Shown here: piece after piece, positions 11,889 through 26,800 of the stretch
How positions within the stretch are numbered: position 1 is the first letter of the stretch
Layout: each line of letters opens with the position of its first letter
Assembly (NCBI GenBank): GCA_050084985.1
Contig: JBITNC010000001.1
Location: forward strand, 26,412,001 to 26,476,000
Length of the DNA: 64,000 nucleotides
Source: Nageia nagi
Lineage: Eukaryota > Plantae > Pinophyta
Direction of reading: 5' to 3'
Notes under the pieces: model-generated
What the model was told of the DNA's origin: nothing
Seen by the model: only the letters and a program-made list of their open reading frames with translations
Database searches by the model: none
Made by a program: the position numbers and the translations under genes

Positions 11889-14800
11889 GTATTGTGTTAT
11901 TTTGCAGGCAACATATCTAATCTCATTCCTTTGAAAACTTTTAATGTGATCTGGTACAACATAGTCATCTGTTATGTAAAAGAGAATTTAAAGTTCTGTT
12001 TTCACTCTTTCCTGTGGTTTCTTAAGATTGAGTTGTTATGATAACTTGATCACAAGCTACATATATGAAAATCATTTCATGCTGTCAATGCTTGGCCAGA
12101 TATGCTTAAATTGTTGGGATTAAATGTTTACTTCATTCGGTCTTCAATGGACTAAGTGAAATACTAATGAGAAAAATAAAATGTTCTTGCAGCGCATTTG
12201 TTGAGAATTTATGCTTCATATGTCTATTGACAGTCCTATTTCTTTGTATAGGAATTTGCAAGGATTCAAAACAACCAATTATTCATCTATCACATCCATA
12301 AAGCGCTATAAGAAAATAGAGAACCCTATAACTATCGTTTAACACTTATAATTAAGAAGAAGAAAATGTTTGTCTCTCCATGATTGGAATTCAAGAAATG
12401 GTAAACTATTGATGCCTTCTGAGACTTTAGGATACTCTGTAAAACATAAAACAATAAACTATCCACCTTAAACATGAAATGAAACATAAAACATATACAA
12501 GTTCCACCTAAACAATACTACTATATTATAACACACCTTTAATATAATGTACCTAAACTTATATAAGGTATACCTTTGATATTGGCAAGGGCCAATTGAT
12601 GATGCCATAGTGTAATGTACCCTTCTAGGGCTTATGTTAAACAAGCATAATTTACTTAATTCAATTCCACATTCATTGCAAAACTGTAAATGCTTACATT
12701 CATATAACCATACGTCCAAAACTGAAATACTGTAACTGTGACCAGTTCTTATATGTAACAGAAATAAAATTCTTTATACCATACAACTCATCCAAATTAG
12801 GGCACAATCATAGTTCTAATATATAACAGAAATATGCATTCATTCATCCACAAACATATGCCATGTAATACCAAGAAGTGTAGCGAACTAATACTAATAG
12901 CAACACATCCAAATGATGCCCTAGGAGGGTGAACGAACCTCCTTAGGGTTTTTACCAAAGATTACAACAAATGCAAAGAGATTACAACAAATGCAAAGAC
13001 ATGTATTCAAGACAAGACCTCAATGCATGCTCACATGATGCCCTAGGTGGATCACTCCACTAGGGTGACCAAGGAATGCCTTCACAAGCCTACGACCTCC
13101 TCCTAAGATGCTCAAGAATGAACATCTCTAAGAGACTACGAACTAGCCAAGATGCCAAACAAGCTCCTTCAAGGTAGTGCCACGAACCTCAAGGAGTAAG
13201 CAAGAGTCTCAAGTGATGAGAGCTAGCCACTTGTAGGGCACAACCCTTAAAGAAAGAGAAAATGGACAACCCCTATCTCCTCAAGAGAGCGAATGATTAA
13301 TTCCACAATGATGATGCCTTTGAGTGATGCTCTAATCGTCTTTATATAGGTTATTCTACCTTGAAAAATAATCATGATCATGGCCAGCCTTGAAATAAAA
13401 CATCTTTCTTCTAGCCGACATTCCTTGGCCGATTCCAGTGCCACAATGTTTGGAGATTGGATCGGTAGGCAAACTTCAATATGCAATATCTCCCTTGTTT
13501 CTTGACGAAACCATTTTGTGTAACCTGTCAACACAATTGGCAGAAGATTCTTCATCCATTCTAAAAGACAAATCGGCGATCTAGGACTCGTGATGAAAGT
13601 TCTGCCTTCTACAAGGTTTTTCCAAATTGGAGACATTACAAGTCCTCTCCTCTCAAATTGCTTGCCCTCAAGCAGTTCTAGGAATCCCCACATGTAATGC
13701 TTGTCTTCTTTGGCCAAGTGCTTAGTTCCTTGCTTCCCAAAGCATCCCACTGATGGTATTGGAGTAGTGCAATCAAAAAGTGGACCAGTGTCTTCTTTAA
13801 TCATCATCTCCAAGGGTAGTGCCAAATTGACTAATTTCTTCCCAAAGTAGTCCGCTGCTGATACAAGAAAGAGCATTCATTGAACCTGCTATCCCATGAA
13901 ATGAAGACAAGAAATATGGCTGATGATGTGTGTCCTTCATGCTCGATCTTGTTGTAGACTTCTTCAAACTGCCCCAACTATCTATGATGCCAAAAAGGGA
14001 AAAGAGGGTACCCATTGTCCTTGCTAAGGTAGTTGTAACATGCCCTTTTTCTAAAAAATAAATAAATTTGGAATCCTAGGGATTTTCTTTTGTAAATATT
14101 TTATTTATTCATGCATTTGTTGTTAGTTACTTGGGATAGAAATATAATGGTCTGTTGGACTCATGCTGTGAGCCCCATGAGGGACATTTTCCTCCCAAGA
14201 TAGGATATGTTATTTAATTTGTCATTAATGCACTTGGAGATCCTAAGATGATTGTGGGAATTCCAAGCCTCATGTAACATCAGAAATAGCATAATCGACA
14301 TCTAGAACCCAACGATGGGCTCGAGCACTTGCGCCAGCCTTGGGGAGGCTTCTAGACCTCCACGTTGACCCATGATGACACCCTAGCACCCATGCATGGC
14401 TCCTAGACCCATGTGGCACCTGGGACTCCCAGGTTGGCATGCATAGCACCTTGGAATCCCACATTGGCATGCGTGGCACCTTGGACTTCCACGTTGGCAT
14501 TTATAGCCTCTAGGTAACCATGTTGGACATGCTTGACCCCTAGGCATCCACGTTGGAGAACTTGGGCCTACAAGAGGCTAACGTTGAGATTGGGAGAGGT
14601 TGGGGATGACTCCTAGTTGAGATCCAGATCCAAAGACATGCTATAAAAGGCAAAGGAGCCTCATTCTAGAGATAGACTTTATTTGATATTGAAACCCCCT
14701 TCTATTATTCAAGACTTGTGTCATCAAGCATCCTTGGGCATGTAGCACAAGGAGAGACCAGGAGGCTTGGAACACCTTCTGACCAGCGATTGAGGTGAAT

Positions 14801-17800
14801 GTTTGTGCTGTGAGGTTGCCCTACCCTGAGGCTTCCACAGATCTGGTAGTGTCACTATTCTACAACAGTTTCGACAACAAAATCTATCTCTGCATAGTTG
14901 TATGCCCTAGGTGGTTCCTTGGAGGCCAACATTGAGCCCTCTTGGGCTTGTTTTGTAATGTACTCATCATTCTATCATCAATTGAGCCGTGGCATACTTG
15001 GATCTCATTTATTGTCTCATTATTTGATATGTTTGATGATATCTTGCTCCTCTTGGTGTAACATCATATTTTTGGAATTGTTTATGGTGTATTTTGCATG
15101 ATTAATAGCTACCCTAGTGCTACATTGGGCCTTTGAGGCATTTCCTGGCTCAAGGAATGCATTGTTGGGCTTTCTGGCTTATTGTTGTTCATGTTTGTGC
15201 CGTAGAACAGTTCGTGGCATGCCTAGGAGTGCAAATTGACATTGTTTGATATTTATTTGGCTAATTTCCATGTTGAGTATAATTTGGGATTTTACAATAG
15301 TGCAGCCCGTAAGCCTGCTGTCCCATGCAATTGTGCCCAGATATGCTATTGATGGTGCTTGTTTTGCATGTCTTATCCTTCTAGGGGTTTTGTCAAGTTA
15401 CTCCCATGATCCCCAAATGCCAAAATGGAGTGGAAAGGGGGCTGATTTTGCGCAGGCCTGAACTATGTATGCGCATATCAGACCTGATGTGTTTGCTGTA
15501 GTAGGCCAAATTGATGTTTTCAACTTTTTTTCAGTATCCCAACTTGATGTGCAAAATCTCTTGATGAACATAAATGTGGAATGAATCAATAAGTTTTGGG
15601 AGTGTAGTTTGAAATTGCCTTTCTATATTTACAATCATGGTTCATAATGGCAATTCCTTTGGTGGAGTTCTTTCAAGCTGCTGTCTTGTGACGGAATTTA
15701 GTGACAAATTATGATTTTCTTTTCTCATCATGTCAAGTGAAACATGAAGTATATTTCTTCTTGAAATCATCACATTTCGCTGTCTGAAACCTGAGTATAT
15801 GCTGTCCCTATGTATCTTCATGTTGGGTGGCCACCCAAGTCTATGTTTCACCTTTCCATATCTGGTCTTAAATGCGTTCCAAAACAAACTAGTTATCTTT
15901 TATTTATTGTTGCAAGAATCAACGGTGTTGCTACTCCATGTGCTGTGGGTGTTTGGGCTGATGCTTGCCTTCAATGGGTGTCTTAGGTCTTTTCCCATGT
16001 TGAGGATGTCGCTGCCAATATTGATTAAGCATAGCCACAAGGTCTGATTCTTTTCCCCAATTATACTATGAATCTTATTAAACAAAACATAGAATATATA
16101 TCTACAAACAGTCCTGATTCCGCCAAGTCGTATTGGCATACAAACCACCAACTTGTGACTTCCCATTGGTGTTATCAAAACTTGAAGTGCCATCATACCT
16201 CTTTAAGATTATCATGCTTTTCTGCCCATGAACTGAGTGAAATAGCTGGGTCTGACCTTTCTTTTGAAGCATGACATAATCCCCATCAAACGAAGCATGA
16301 AACACACTTTTATATGCAATCATATCAAGTGATATTTTATGCTAACTTCCAATGCTGCTGTTTTCTTTTCATTACTGCAACCCAATGGAAAGGACTGAAC
16401 CATTGAGTACTTCTGTTGAAGAGATGAAATGAACTGCCATACCTTCCAGGAGTAATCATACGTTGCTGTAGTGATGTTTGGTATTGTAGCAAGTTCTGAA
16501 ATCCCTTTCTAAACTTGGCGTTACATCCATTACATAAACAAGAATTGCATCTTCAATACTGGTACAAATTGTGCCTTGTAATGTGCCCAATGAGCTTTCA
16601 GGGCTTTCTTCAATGAAAGCCTTAGAATTTAGCTTCCCAACTTACCTTAATATTTCTTTCATGAACATTCTATCACTGATTAAATGCAAAAATACTAACT
16701 TGAATTCCTTCATGTTGTATCAGTTTCAAGAAAAAAAGGCGAGATTTTGAAGTCCGAATTAACTTACTGTTTTTTAGCCCATACTGTGGATTTTGACAGT
16801 TTTGGAAAAGTTTTTCTAGTTCGAAAGATGGATTGGAAAGTTGGGGAAGAGACCACGGCTATTGGAAAGTTTTTCTAGTTCGAAAGATGCGCTCAATTTT
16901 TGTGTTTGCTTCGATTATCCAAACACCTCGGGTCTTAAGATTTTTGAGCCAGAAAAAGGTGTTTGGGGCTTTTTTTTCAAGTTTTAACAGGTCTGAATAT
17001 GGCAAAAATGGAGGGGCTGATTTTGGAAAAATTTTCAAACCTTCTCTAAATGATCTGTGATGACCTAAAATCACCCTCAGTAAAAACGACTACAACTATG
17101 ATGCTCCAACCCTCACCCAATGGTGCAGTTACATCCACATTGGGACCCTAGGGCACCCAAAGACACTACAATTTAGACGTGATCCTTCTAAGGCTTCCAC
17201 GCAACCCCTACACCTTGACGTCAGCCCTCTAGGCACACACCAACACTTGGCACCTCAACGAACGTCTCACAAATGCATACACAATGCCTGAACACCTACG
17301 AATGCAAAGAAGCTTCCAACACCAGTATATAAGAGACACAACATATGAACACGTAATGAACAACACAATGGAGAGAGGCACAAGATGTATTTTATTATGA
17401 TAGTGGATGGAATACAATGAGGATCTCAATATCCAGATCTAGGGTTCCAAACCCTCTGCAAGACGAACACCACATGAAAGACTCACTCCCTCAGACTCCG
17501 AATCTTCTCCTGCAAAGGAGCCTCCTTGAACCCTGACGACCACTGAAGGTAGAAGCTCGCCCTCGGATTACCATCGGATGGACTAGCTGACCCACCTAAG
17601 TCATAGAATGCCAGGCTTCCAACCTTGTCACCCCTCTAGACGCCATCTAGGAATAATGCTTATCACCGCCAAGACTTGAATGCCCAATCGGGTTCAGTAT
17701 AGAAGAAGTATAATCAATAGCTAACCTCATCATGGATCTCCATCCTCAATATATAGCCTTACGTGTCTATCCATCATGCCTCGATATCATCCCAAGCCAA

Positions 17801-20800
17801 GTCTATTCCAACGTTGGGGTCAACAGGTCAATCATGCCAATGTCGGGGTCATATTGGCCCAGTATGCTAACGCGGGGGTCCCATGGGCCCAGTGTGCGAA
17901 TGTGGGGGTCATAAAGGCCCTCAAGGCTAACGTGGGGTCTAATGAGCCTCCTGGAGCTAACGTGGGGGTCTAAGTGGCCTCATAAGCCAATGTGGGGTAT
18001 GTGGGGCCCTCCCAACGCTAGTATGCTCCTCTATGCACCTCTGGACTATACAAGACTCATGCCTATCTTGGGATTCCCACAATCCGGGATAACCCATTAC
18101 ATGTTAACACAACACTACTCAAGGGGAGACGTCCCATTACTGGGCTCACAGTGGGATCCGTAGACCATAAGCTCCTGCTTGAGTTACACATGTACAACAT
18201 GATCATAAACAAACATTAGATTACAAAGTGACCATGACACATTTTGTCAATGGTCCAAATGGGACGTCACATGATCCAACAAGATCATTGATGGAAGCAC
18301 ATGGGATCTTGGAGTTATTTGTATCAATATTCCATGGAGTTGGATCTTTAAATTTTCACTTTGAAGATTTTCCAATTATTTTATTTTTCATTTTTGACAT
18401 TTTTCATGGCTGAAGAAGCTCATTTTGAATGATTTTTCTTTAGAAAAGCATGCTAAAGATCTTCAAAATGTGCAATTTTGATCTTAAATGTTACCTCCAA
18501 TTCTTGTTTGTGATTTTCAATCAACTTTGATGAAGAATCCTTGTCTAAAATCAGTTTAGGGCTTGAGATTCTTTCAAAGTTGTGTAAACTCCAATCCTTC
18601 AAATTGCATGCCTTAGATTAAAAAGGAAAGTTTTGTGGAGCAAATGAGAGGTTTGAGCTTGTATTAATTGGGTTTGGGTGAAGTTTTGCCACTTGTCATC
18701 ATGCTATTGGTGTAAAATCCCACTTTTTTCCCTTTTGGCTGTCATTTGCTTGCTTTGGAGTGTATTTTGCATGTTGGCTTAGTTTTTTATCCTTTGTTAC
18801 ATAACAAAGCTCCAAAATGTGCTCCCAACTTGAAGAGGAGCAATTTTGATCAAATTGAAAAACTTTCAACTTCAAAGATTTGCACCATTTGGTCATCCAC
18901 AAACCCATTAACTCAAATTTTCATTTGAAAAGTGCAGTTTGCATGTGGGCTTAGTTTTTCATCTTTTGTTACATAACAAAGCTCCAAAATGTGCGCCCAA
19001 CTTGAGGAGGAGCAATTTTGATCAAACTGAAAAGCTTTCAACTTCAAAATGTGCACCATTGATCCTTTATAAACCCAGCAACTCAAATATTCATTTTGAA
19101 AAATGCATTTTGCATGCGGGTTTAGTTTTTCATCCTTTGTTACATAACAAAGCCCCAAAATGTGCGCCCAACTTGAGGAGGAGCAATTTTGATTTTTTTC
19201 AAAAACTTTCAATTCTAAAGGTTCTTAGAATTCCTTGCTCTAGACACCTATAAGGTCAAGTTTTTGATTTTCCAAAGTTGAAAAAGTGGATTTTGCATGT
19301 GGGTACCAATTTCTAGCCTTTGATAACATCAAACCCTCAAGAAGTGACGCCCAATTCTATAGGGAGCAGTTTTGGTTGGTTCCTGAAACCTCCAAGTTTA
19401 AAAGTGCCTGCCTTGACTTCCTTCACAAACCTATCTTGTTGGTTTTTGCAAATTCTGAAGATTAAAAATGATCTCACTTTTCAATAGGCCTTTCCAAGAT
19501 TGAAAAACTTGTTCTGTGATGTGTTCCTCAAACTTTGGCTCCTTACTGCTGCAGAACAACTGACTTAGTACTCTGAACCATTTGGTGAACTCCTTGAATA
19601 ACCTCCATGTATTCTTTAAGGAGTATCATGTCTTTAGACCATTCAAGACCACCTTTTTAGTCATCTTCTAGGCAATATATTTCGTTTCCTAAGCAAAAAG
19701 TAGGGTCCCCAGAATCTTGTATTTTGGGGTTTGTTGCACAGGCACAACAGTGGGTATGTATATCTTGAATGTATTTTCTAGTTTGTAAAAGTAAGGGATT
19801 GTAAGTTTGTTCTGCACTAGCTTAAAGAATTAATCAGACTTCAGTGAAAAAGACCAAGTGTTGAATGTATGCTTTATGACTCTGACTATGGATTAGGGTC
19901 CATAATTGAACAAGAGAAGCCCAACAAAGGCTGTTCAGAAAATGATGGTTGAAAAAAATGGTCAATAGTGAAGCCTACAGTAAGCCATCTTTACATATTT
20001 GGATGCATTGCATGTTATAAAAGAAAATTAGAAGCTAAATGATAAAAGAAATGGAATGCAGCTGGTGAAGTGCAGAAATAGTGCACATGAAAAGAACCAA
20101 CTGGCTTCAAAAGAATCAGTTTTCCAGAATTTTGTTGGACTTGAGTTGGCGAAAACAAACCACCATAAGGTGAATGAAGCAGGGTGCAGTCAATTGTTGT
20201 GATGTTCCTTTTATATATATGTTTTTTTCTAGCAAACCCTCAGCATAAAAATGTTCTGTGAATTTGCTCATTTAGGAAGAATTTTCCAACATACTGTGTA
20301 GATGATGTTTAATGCCCCCCTTAATGTTGAAACTAGAAGCAAACTCGCAAACTCAATTTTACCTCTGAACTTCATGATCATGTTTGGTCCAAGTGGTTTG
20401 ATCATTATATGTCCAATCTGCTCTTATGTTCAATAAAGAGAAATATCTTCATCGTTCACAACCTATCTGATGTTTTGAATGTTGACGTGTGTAGTTTTTA
20501 TGATAAATGGAACTCTTCACTAACGTCAATCCGCTCTTATGTTCATAGAGTAGGCTGGGACTGTTATTGTTGCAAAGTCAATCAGTAGTCTTCTAGGCCG
20601 CAGTAATTGCTGTTGTGCATTCAGGATTTTAGAAGACAAGCAATCACAGGCTGCTGTTTTCTCTGTTAAGATATGGAATAGAGAGAAAGAATAGTCCATT
20701 GCTGGCATCCAAACCTGCTCAATCAGAATCCCTATGGCATTGAACCTCAAATAACACATAGACATCTCCACTGTTGGGTTAATAAATGTAGTTATATCCT

Positions 20801-23800
20801 TTGTTTGTGTAGTTATTGCTATCTAATACATATGCATGGTCTGTATAGCAATTCATTGTGTAAGAAATTGCTGATTTATGTTCATTAGGCTTTTTGTATC
20901 ACTGTGAGATGGTGTACACCTCTTTTTAAATAGTCTGTTTATTTGGCCGTCAATATATTTGCAGGCAATATTATATTGAAAGGGGTGATTCAGTTTTTGT
21001 TGCTGCTCACACATCAGCTGGAAAAACAGTTGTTGCAGAATATGCTTTTGCATTGGCTGCTAAAGTATGTTCCATTCAAGCTCTTCTTTAAATTGCTTAA
21101 TCATTATCTGTTACAATGGTTGTTCTATAAGGCTATTTTTTTCATTGATTTGAATATAAATTAGATTTCTTTCTCCATTTGTGTGATTAATTTTTAGATG
21201 CATATGATGTGTAACTAATCAGCTTTTATATGTATTATGTCAAAATGATTACTAATGTTTAAGAAAAATTGGGATACTATGTCTTGTAAAAAAAATTCTG
21301 AAGGAAGAGATGCCTTCTCTAAAACTAATGGGTTTCTATGATCATGCCTGTCTTTTTGTCGTAAAATGTTGTGTGTCTCGTTTTTTTCTTCAGCACTGTA
21401 CGCGTGCTGTTTATACATCTCCAATTAAAACCATCAGTAATCAGAAATATCGTGACTTTAGTGAGAAGTTTGACGTTGGTCTTCTGACCGGCGATGTGAG
21501 CTTGAGACCAGAAGCCTCTTGCTTGATTATGACAACAGAGATATTAAGGTCCATGCTTTACAAAGGAGCAGATATCATCCGTGACATTGAATGGGTGAGT
21601 GTGATATTTGATTCTAGATTATTTTTTAAAGCCTGGATTGATTGTGTCTAATGTCATCATATACCTTCAAGCTGATAATAGTATTTGCTACAGGTCATTT
21701 TTGATGAAGTGCACTACGTAAATGATGTTGAGCGAGGAGTTGTTTGGGAGGAGGTTATTATAATGCTTCCAAGACATATAAACATTGTTCTCCTGTCTGC
21801 AACGGTAAATATTAATTTTAATTAGTTACTGAATAAGGTTTGTCTTGCAATTTGGGAATGCTGTCTTGCAGTCTAAACAACATACAGTAATTCTGTAATG
21901 ACAGACTATATAGAAATCGATATTTCATTTTCTTTTTAGAATGAATTGTACAACATTCAATATAGGATGGAGCGTAATTCTTCTCCTGCAATATGTTTTA
22001 GTCCTTTTATTGTCGCAATTGCATTATTTATAAATCTGTGATTTCGTAAAGTCCTAGCACAAAAACAGTCACTATGTAGATGTAACATCTCTTCCAAATT
22101 GCTTGGACATGGGTAGGAATATGATATACCGTGAACAACTATGCTATGAATGAAAACTGCACATTTGAAATACAAAGAACATCAATAAATACTCCATTGA
22201 GCACAAACAAACAAAAGTTTGACTTTGTGTTAATGAGGAGAACCCTCATATAATGGAAAAGTACCAACGAAAGCTTGGCCAAGACCATTCTATTGCTTCA
22301 ATCAATTATCGGAAGTACATACGATGGCATGGCATAGAGAAATACACTATTTTGACAACCTCTTTAAAACACTATCAATACTCTTTAAGAGAAGATAGTA
22401 AGAATTAGCTCAAACAAGTGTTTGATTAGCCTTAATGTGTATGCCCTTCATATTTCACCTTATTATAGAGAAAAACATTTTCCTATTAAGCCCCTTTGTG
22501 ATGTTCCCAAATTATTAGTAAATCAAGCAACAATTCAGAAAATGAACAAAAACCATGAAATCATGCCACAAAAATACCCAATGCACAAGCCAAAATGAGA
22601 GAATAATGCCAACGTCTCAATATTAAGCAACAATGGAGCGAGATACAAACAATATGGCCCAAGAGGGCTGACGCCTGGCTCAAAGGACTAGATCTAGGGC
22701 ACAACACACTCCAATTCCAACTGGAAGCTAGGGCCTTCAACTCTCGGATCTTAGATGCAAGACTGGATTGACTAAGGGTTTTTGTCTTTAGCTAATATAT
22801 AATGAGGGCGATGTCCCAATAAACCCTTCCCATGTTGGGTTTCCATCCAACAAGAGGCCCAAGATATGGCGCTACCACTCCGAAGATAGAAGATGTAGAA
22901 TAAGCTCAATGATATCTCTCCACTCCTACACCAACAATATATTCAAGGATTCCCCAAGGTTACTACACACCCAACTAGGAGACTTCATGCTTGGGCGTCC
23001 CACCTCATGCCTCGGGATCACAACAAACCATGCGCTCACCCTTTAATCATGCGTTGGGCCTTGGGATCTCCATAGTTACACTTAAATGCGCACTTGATGA
23101 TTGTTCAGTGGGTAAAAGAATGATTGATTATTCTTTTGAAGTGTTGAATGTAATGCACAGTTGATGATTGCTCATGGTATACAACTAGACTTGTATAATT
23201 ATGAAGTATGTTCCCCTATGACGTTTAACATGAGAGCTTCATCCACCTATTAAGAGTGCCCTCCATGACACAATCAACTCCCTTACTCCCTTAGATGCTT
23301 GTTCCCTTCACTAGACCATTCGTGTTGTTGGCTAGAATGAAAGAAAAGGTGGATGCATGGAACTCAGAACAAACCTGGAGGAACTTGGCATTCAAACATT
23401 GTTCTAGTCGATGGAGCTTGATGTAAAGGGTTGAACTCGTATGCCTCAAGCCATTTCCAAATTTCCCTCCTACACCTTTTTCTTTTATTTTCTTTTTATT
23501 TGCATGACTTTTCGCACCCTTTACTTGCATTACCTGAGAAACAACCCTTTTCTAGACATAGAGACAATCCGAGTCCTTGACAAAAAAATATTATTTGAGT
23601 TGGTGGCAACTTCAAACATCTTAGCTAATCTCTAATCCTTGTTCTTGCACAATCCCAGAAGAGAGACCTTTGAGGTGACTAGTCCTCATAGCGGGTAGGG
23701 GTAATGTCCTTCCACCTAAGGTGTTGGTGTCTTTGCTAAGCTTGCATTTATTTTCCTATCGACAAGGTAGGAAAAAAATGCAGCCAACACTTTGTATATC

Positions 23801-26800
23801 ACGTCTGACATTATCATAGTTGTAAAAATTGGATTGGAATCCAATGAAATCACCAAAAAATCTGAATCGCCAACCCAACTGATTCGAATCAAATTGACTG
23901 TTTTTTTGCAGAAAAAAAAAAAATTTTAGGGATTAAATCTGATTTTTAAGCAATTAAATTGCGAGCCCATTAAAAAATCGCTGATTTGTCCAGGCCGTGG
24001 ACAGAGAGGGTTAAGTCAAGAAAAAACTCATTCATTTCATTTTATTTTGCATTTTAGAGGTCAAAGGAGCTGAGCTAATACTATTTTGTGAGCTTCCAAG
24101 AGATTCAAAGAGATTCCATGTAAGTTTCCAATGCTTTGTGAATTTTGCTGGGTGTTTATTATTTTCTCAACTAGGTCTAAGGCAGCAAAAGAGAGATTAA
24201 GAAGGGAAAAATATAGCACTAGGTGAATGTTCTAAATCTTTGATTCACATTTTGTTATGGCACATTGGAAACTTTTAATGTATTTTGGTCCTTGACATTT
24301 GGACATTCAATATATAATACAAAACTCTACAATTTCTTTAATATGCAATGTTGGATATTTAATGTGTTATTTTATAAGGAATGTTGGCTATTTGATATGC
24401 AATGTTGAGGGATAGCTAAAACTGATTTGTTTCAATGTCAAATAGAATAAATTCCTTTATTTTTCCTCTGCCGATTCTTGCTAATTTTTTATTGATTTTT
24501 TCCGATTTTTCAAAAAATACGAATCTTACAGCCAAAAGATTCAGATCCAATTCTGATTTTTACAACTTTGTACATTATCGCTGTAGTTTGGTCTTTATCC
24601 TCATTAGCAACTGCAGCCACATCTGAGGGCCATATCACCACTAAGCCTTAGCATCAATACTTTCTGATGGCCATAATTCTTAGGAATGCTACAGAGTGAA
24701 AATTTTGACAATGTTTACCTATCATTATTTTCAATTAATTTTTAAGTTGCAGGTTCCTCAGTTCATAATAATAAAAAATTTCAATTGGAGAGAAGATTTG
24801 AAGTCTCTATTCCTAGGTAGTATATTTTTTAAATTGTATAACTATAAATCTTGAAGGATGAAACATCTGTTTGTTTTTACTCATCTTATGGAAAGATTTA
24901 AACAATTGATTGCTCTAACGCTTTGCTGATGAGTTTTAGGTGCCAAACACATTAGAGTTTGCAGATTGGATTGGAAGAACTAAGAAGAAAATAATATATG
25001 TCACCGGGTATGTTTTCAGCTGCAATGGTAATTTGCATGCATAATTTTCTTTGATCTTGTTCCATTTCAGCTGAATTTCTGAGTATAGTGTACGTCATAA
25101 CAGAAATCTTTATTGCAAAATCTTAGACTATACAAGAAAATATTATTTATTATTTCTGTTCAGAGATCTAGGCACTCATTGAAATGCATTACCTCCATAT
25201 TGTTTATTTTTGTGATTGATTTTCCTTCAGTATTCTTATCTAATAATCATTATGCAAGATGAAATTAGGTTTGTTGTTTTCTTGATCTGAGGATTGAAGA
25301 TCAACATCATTGTAGTGTCAATTAATTGGGCCTTGTTGTGACAGCAATCAAGATTTAGTGGGCTTCGGCGTCATCTTGAAAACAATCGCCATTTGTTTGA
25401 TGATGACTGACCAACCCAGCAACAGGCCATTCCCTTGACGGTAAATTCATTTAATGATAACAATTAGCTAATTTGCTTGGTGATGTTGATGGACTTAGAT
25501 GATCTCAACATTTGATGAGGGGCATGGCCGATTCTAGTATCTGTTTGCCTCGACACTTGACGATGTCCACTAGACTTTTTTCAACCTTCACATCCATTTT
25601 ATTGACATTGCAAAGCTCAAGCTAGCAAACGAACAATTAAGAAGCCCAATTGGCATTTGCAGTTACACCAATCTAACTATCTTTGAACACATTGTTTCTT
25701 GTATCTATTTATAATTTATGCTAATGATCACTACAAATTTGGTATATGAGTGTGCATTAGAGGGACACGTAAGATTAGCATATATTAGTGGATTGAGATC
25801 TGTATGATTATTATACCAAATCCTATAGTGCTCTACATAGAGAGATAGTGGAAGACATCATCAATTTCAAGTGATATTCTCCTTGACTACTTTTTGTAGA
25901 GACTTGTTTAGTAACACACATATTTTTACTTAATATATAATTGAACATCTTGGTGCACATTCCTATCTGACTTGAAAGTGATTGTGGTTAGATTACATAT
26001 CGTGTGTTTTAGATGGGTTTAACCTTTAAAGATATCATCCTTACACGGTTGATATGGTGTCATTGGTATTTTGGGACTACAATGTAGATCATTGGTAGCA
26101 AGGCATTAGTTACCCTAGTTGTATGAACTCTTAGGCTAGATGAGGTTATATGGAACTTGGATTGGAGAGTCAAAACACTTCAAAATACCTACCTATTAAC
26201 TCCAAGAAATCACAATTAATAGACACCATGAGAGAAGTTGTCAAAGCATTGATTGACATTGCTCTATTGAGTCCAGAGAGAATTTTTAAAAGAGTTCATT
26301 ATACACCCTACTGTGCTATTTAGTTGATAAACCCTAAAAGGACCAATGCCATTTAAAGTATAAGTGAACCTTGATATTCTTGTTCATGAAGGTAAAATCG
26401 ATATTGATGTCAAAACTAGTATTGGTCATTTGAGTTTGTAATTTTCTATTAACTTTATTGAGAAAAAAGGTCTATTTTACGATGTTGAAATCAAGTATGA
26501 TATTATCTTTTGGTAAGGTGGCATAAGTCATGTATGAGTTTATTATATATCATGGTTGAGTAAGATTTACTCAAAGGTGACGAGTCGAAAGCAGTTTCAT
26601 TTAATGCATGTACGTAGGGTCATTTGATGGTTAATAAGGTAGCTGAATATTTTTTATATAAATATGAATTGAAGCAAGAGAACTTGGGACTAAATTTTTA
26701 CCCAAGTTTATAAGAGGTTTAATGATTTTAATATCTTTGTATAGCTGCTTTTGATTGTAAGAGAGGAAGATTCTCTCCATTAATGAATGAAAAAATTTCC

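Larger units (their letters stand above)
13350..19749 (-). mobile_element. Divergent family A-like element A3 with different internal sequence; carries two nested solo LTRs
   Basis: Ends AAAAAGTAGGGTCCCC..TGTTGCACAGGCACAACA at 19749; 16741-16790 and 18630-18660 match the upstream-of-ORF region of A1/A2; left end not found. Confidence 0.55.

Noticed and set aside
17808-18005. CRISPR-like look of about 30-bp periodic repeats (also at 14350-14590 and 53790-54030)
   Set aside because: Degenerate tandem units inside plant LTRs; no unique spacers or cas genes
26085-26110. Possible tRNA-Met PBS (TGGTAGCAAGGC) upstream of the gag relic
   Set aside because: Too degenerate, and LTR boundaries could not be confirmed
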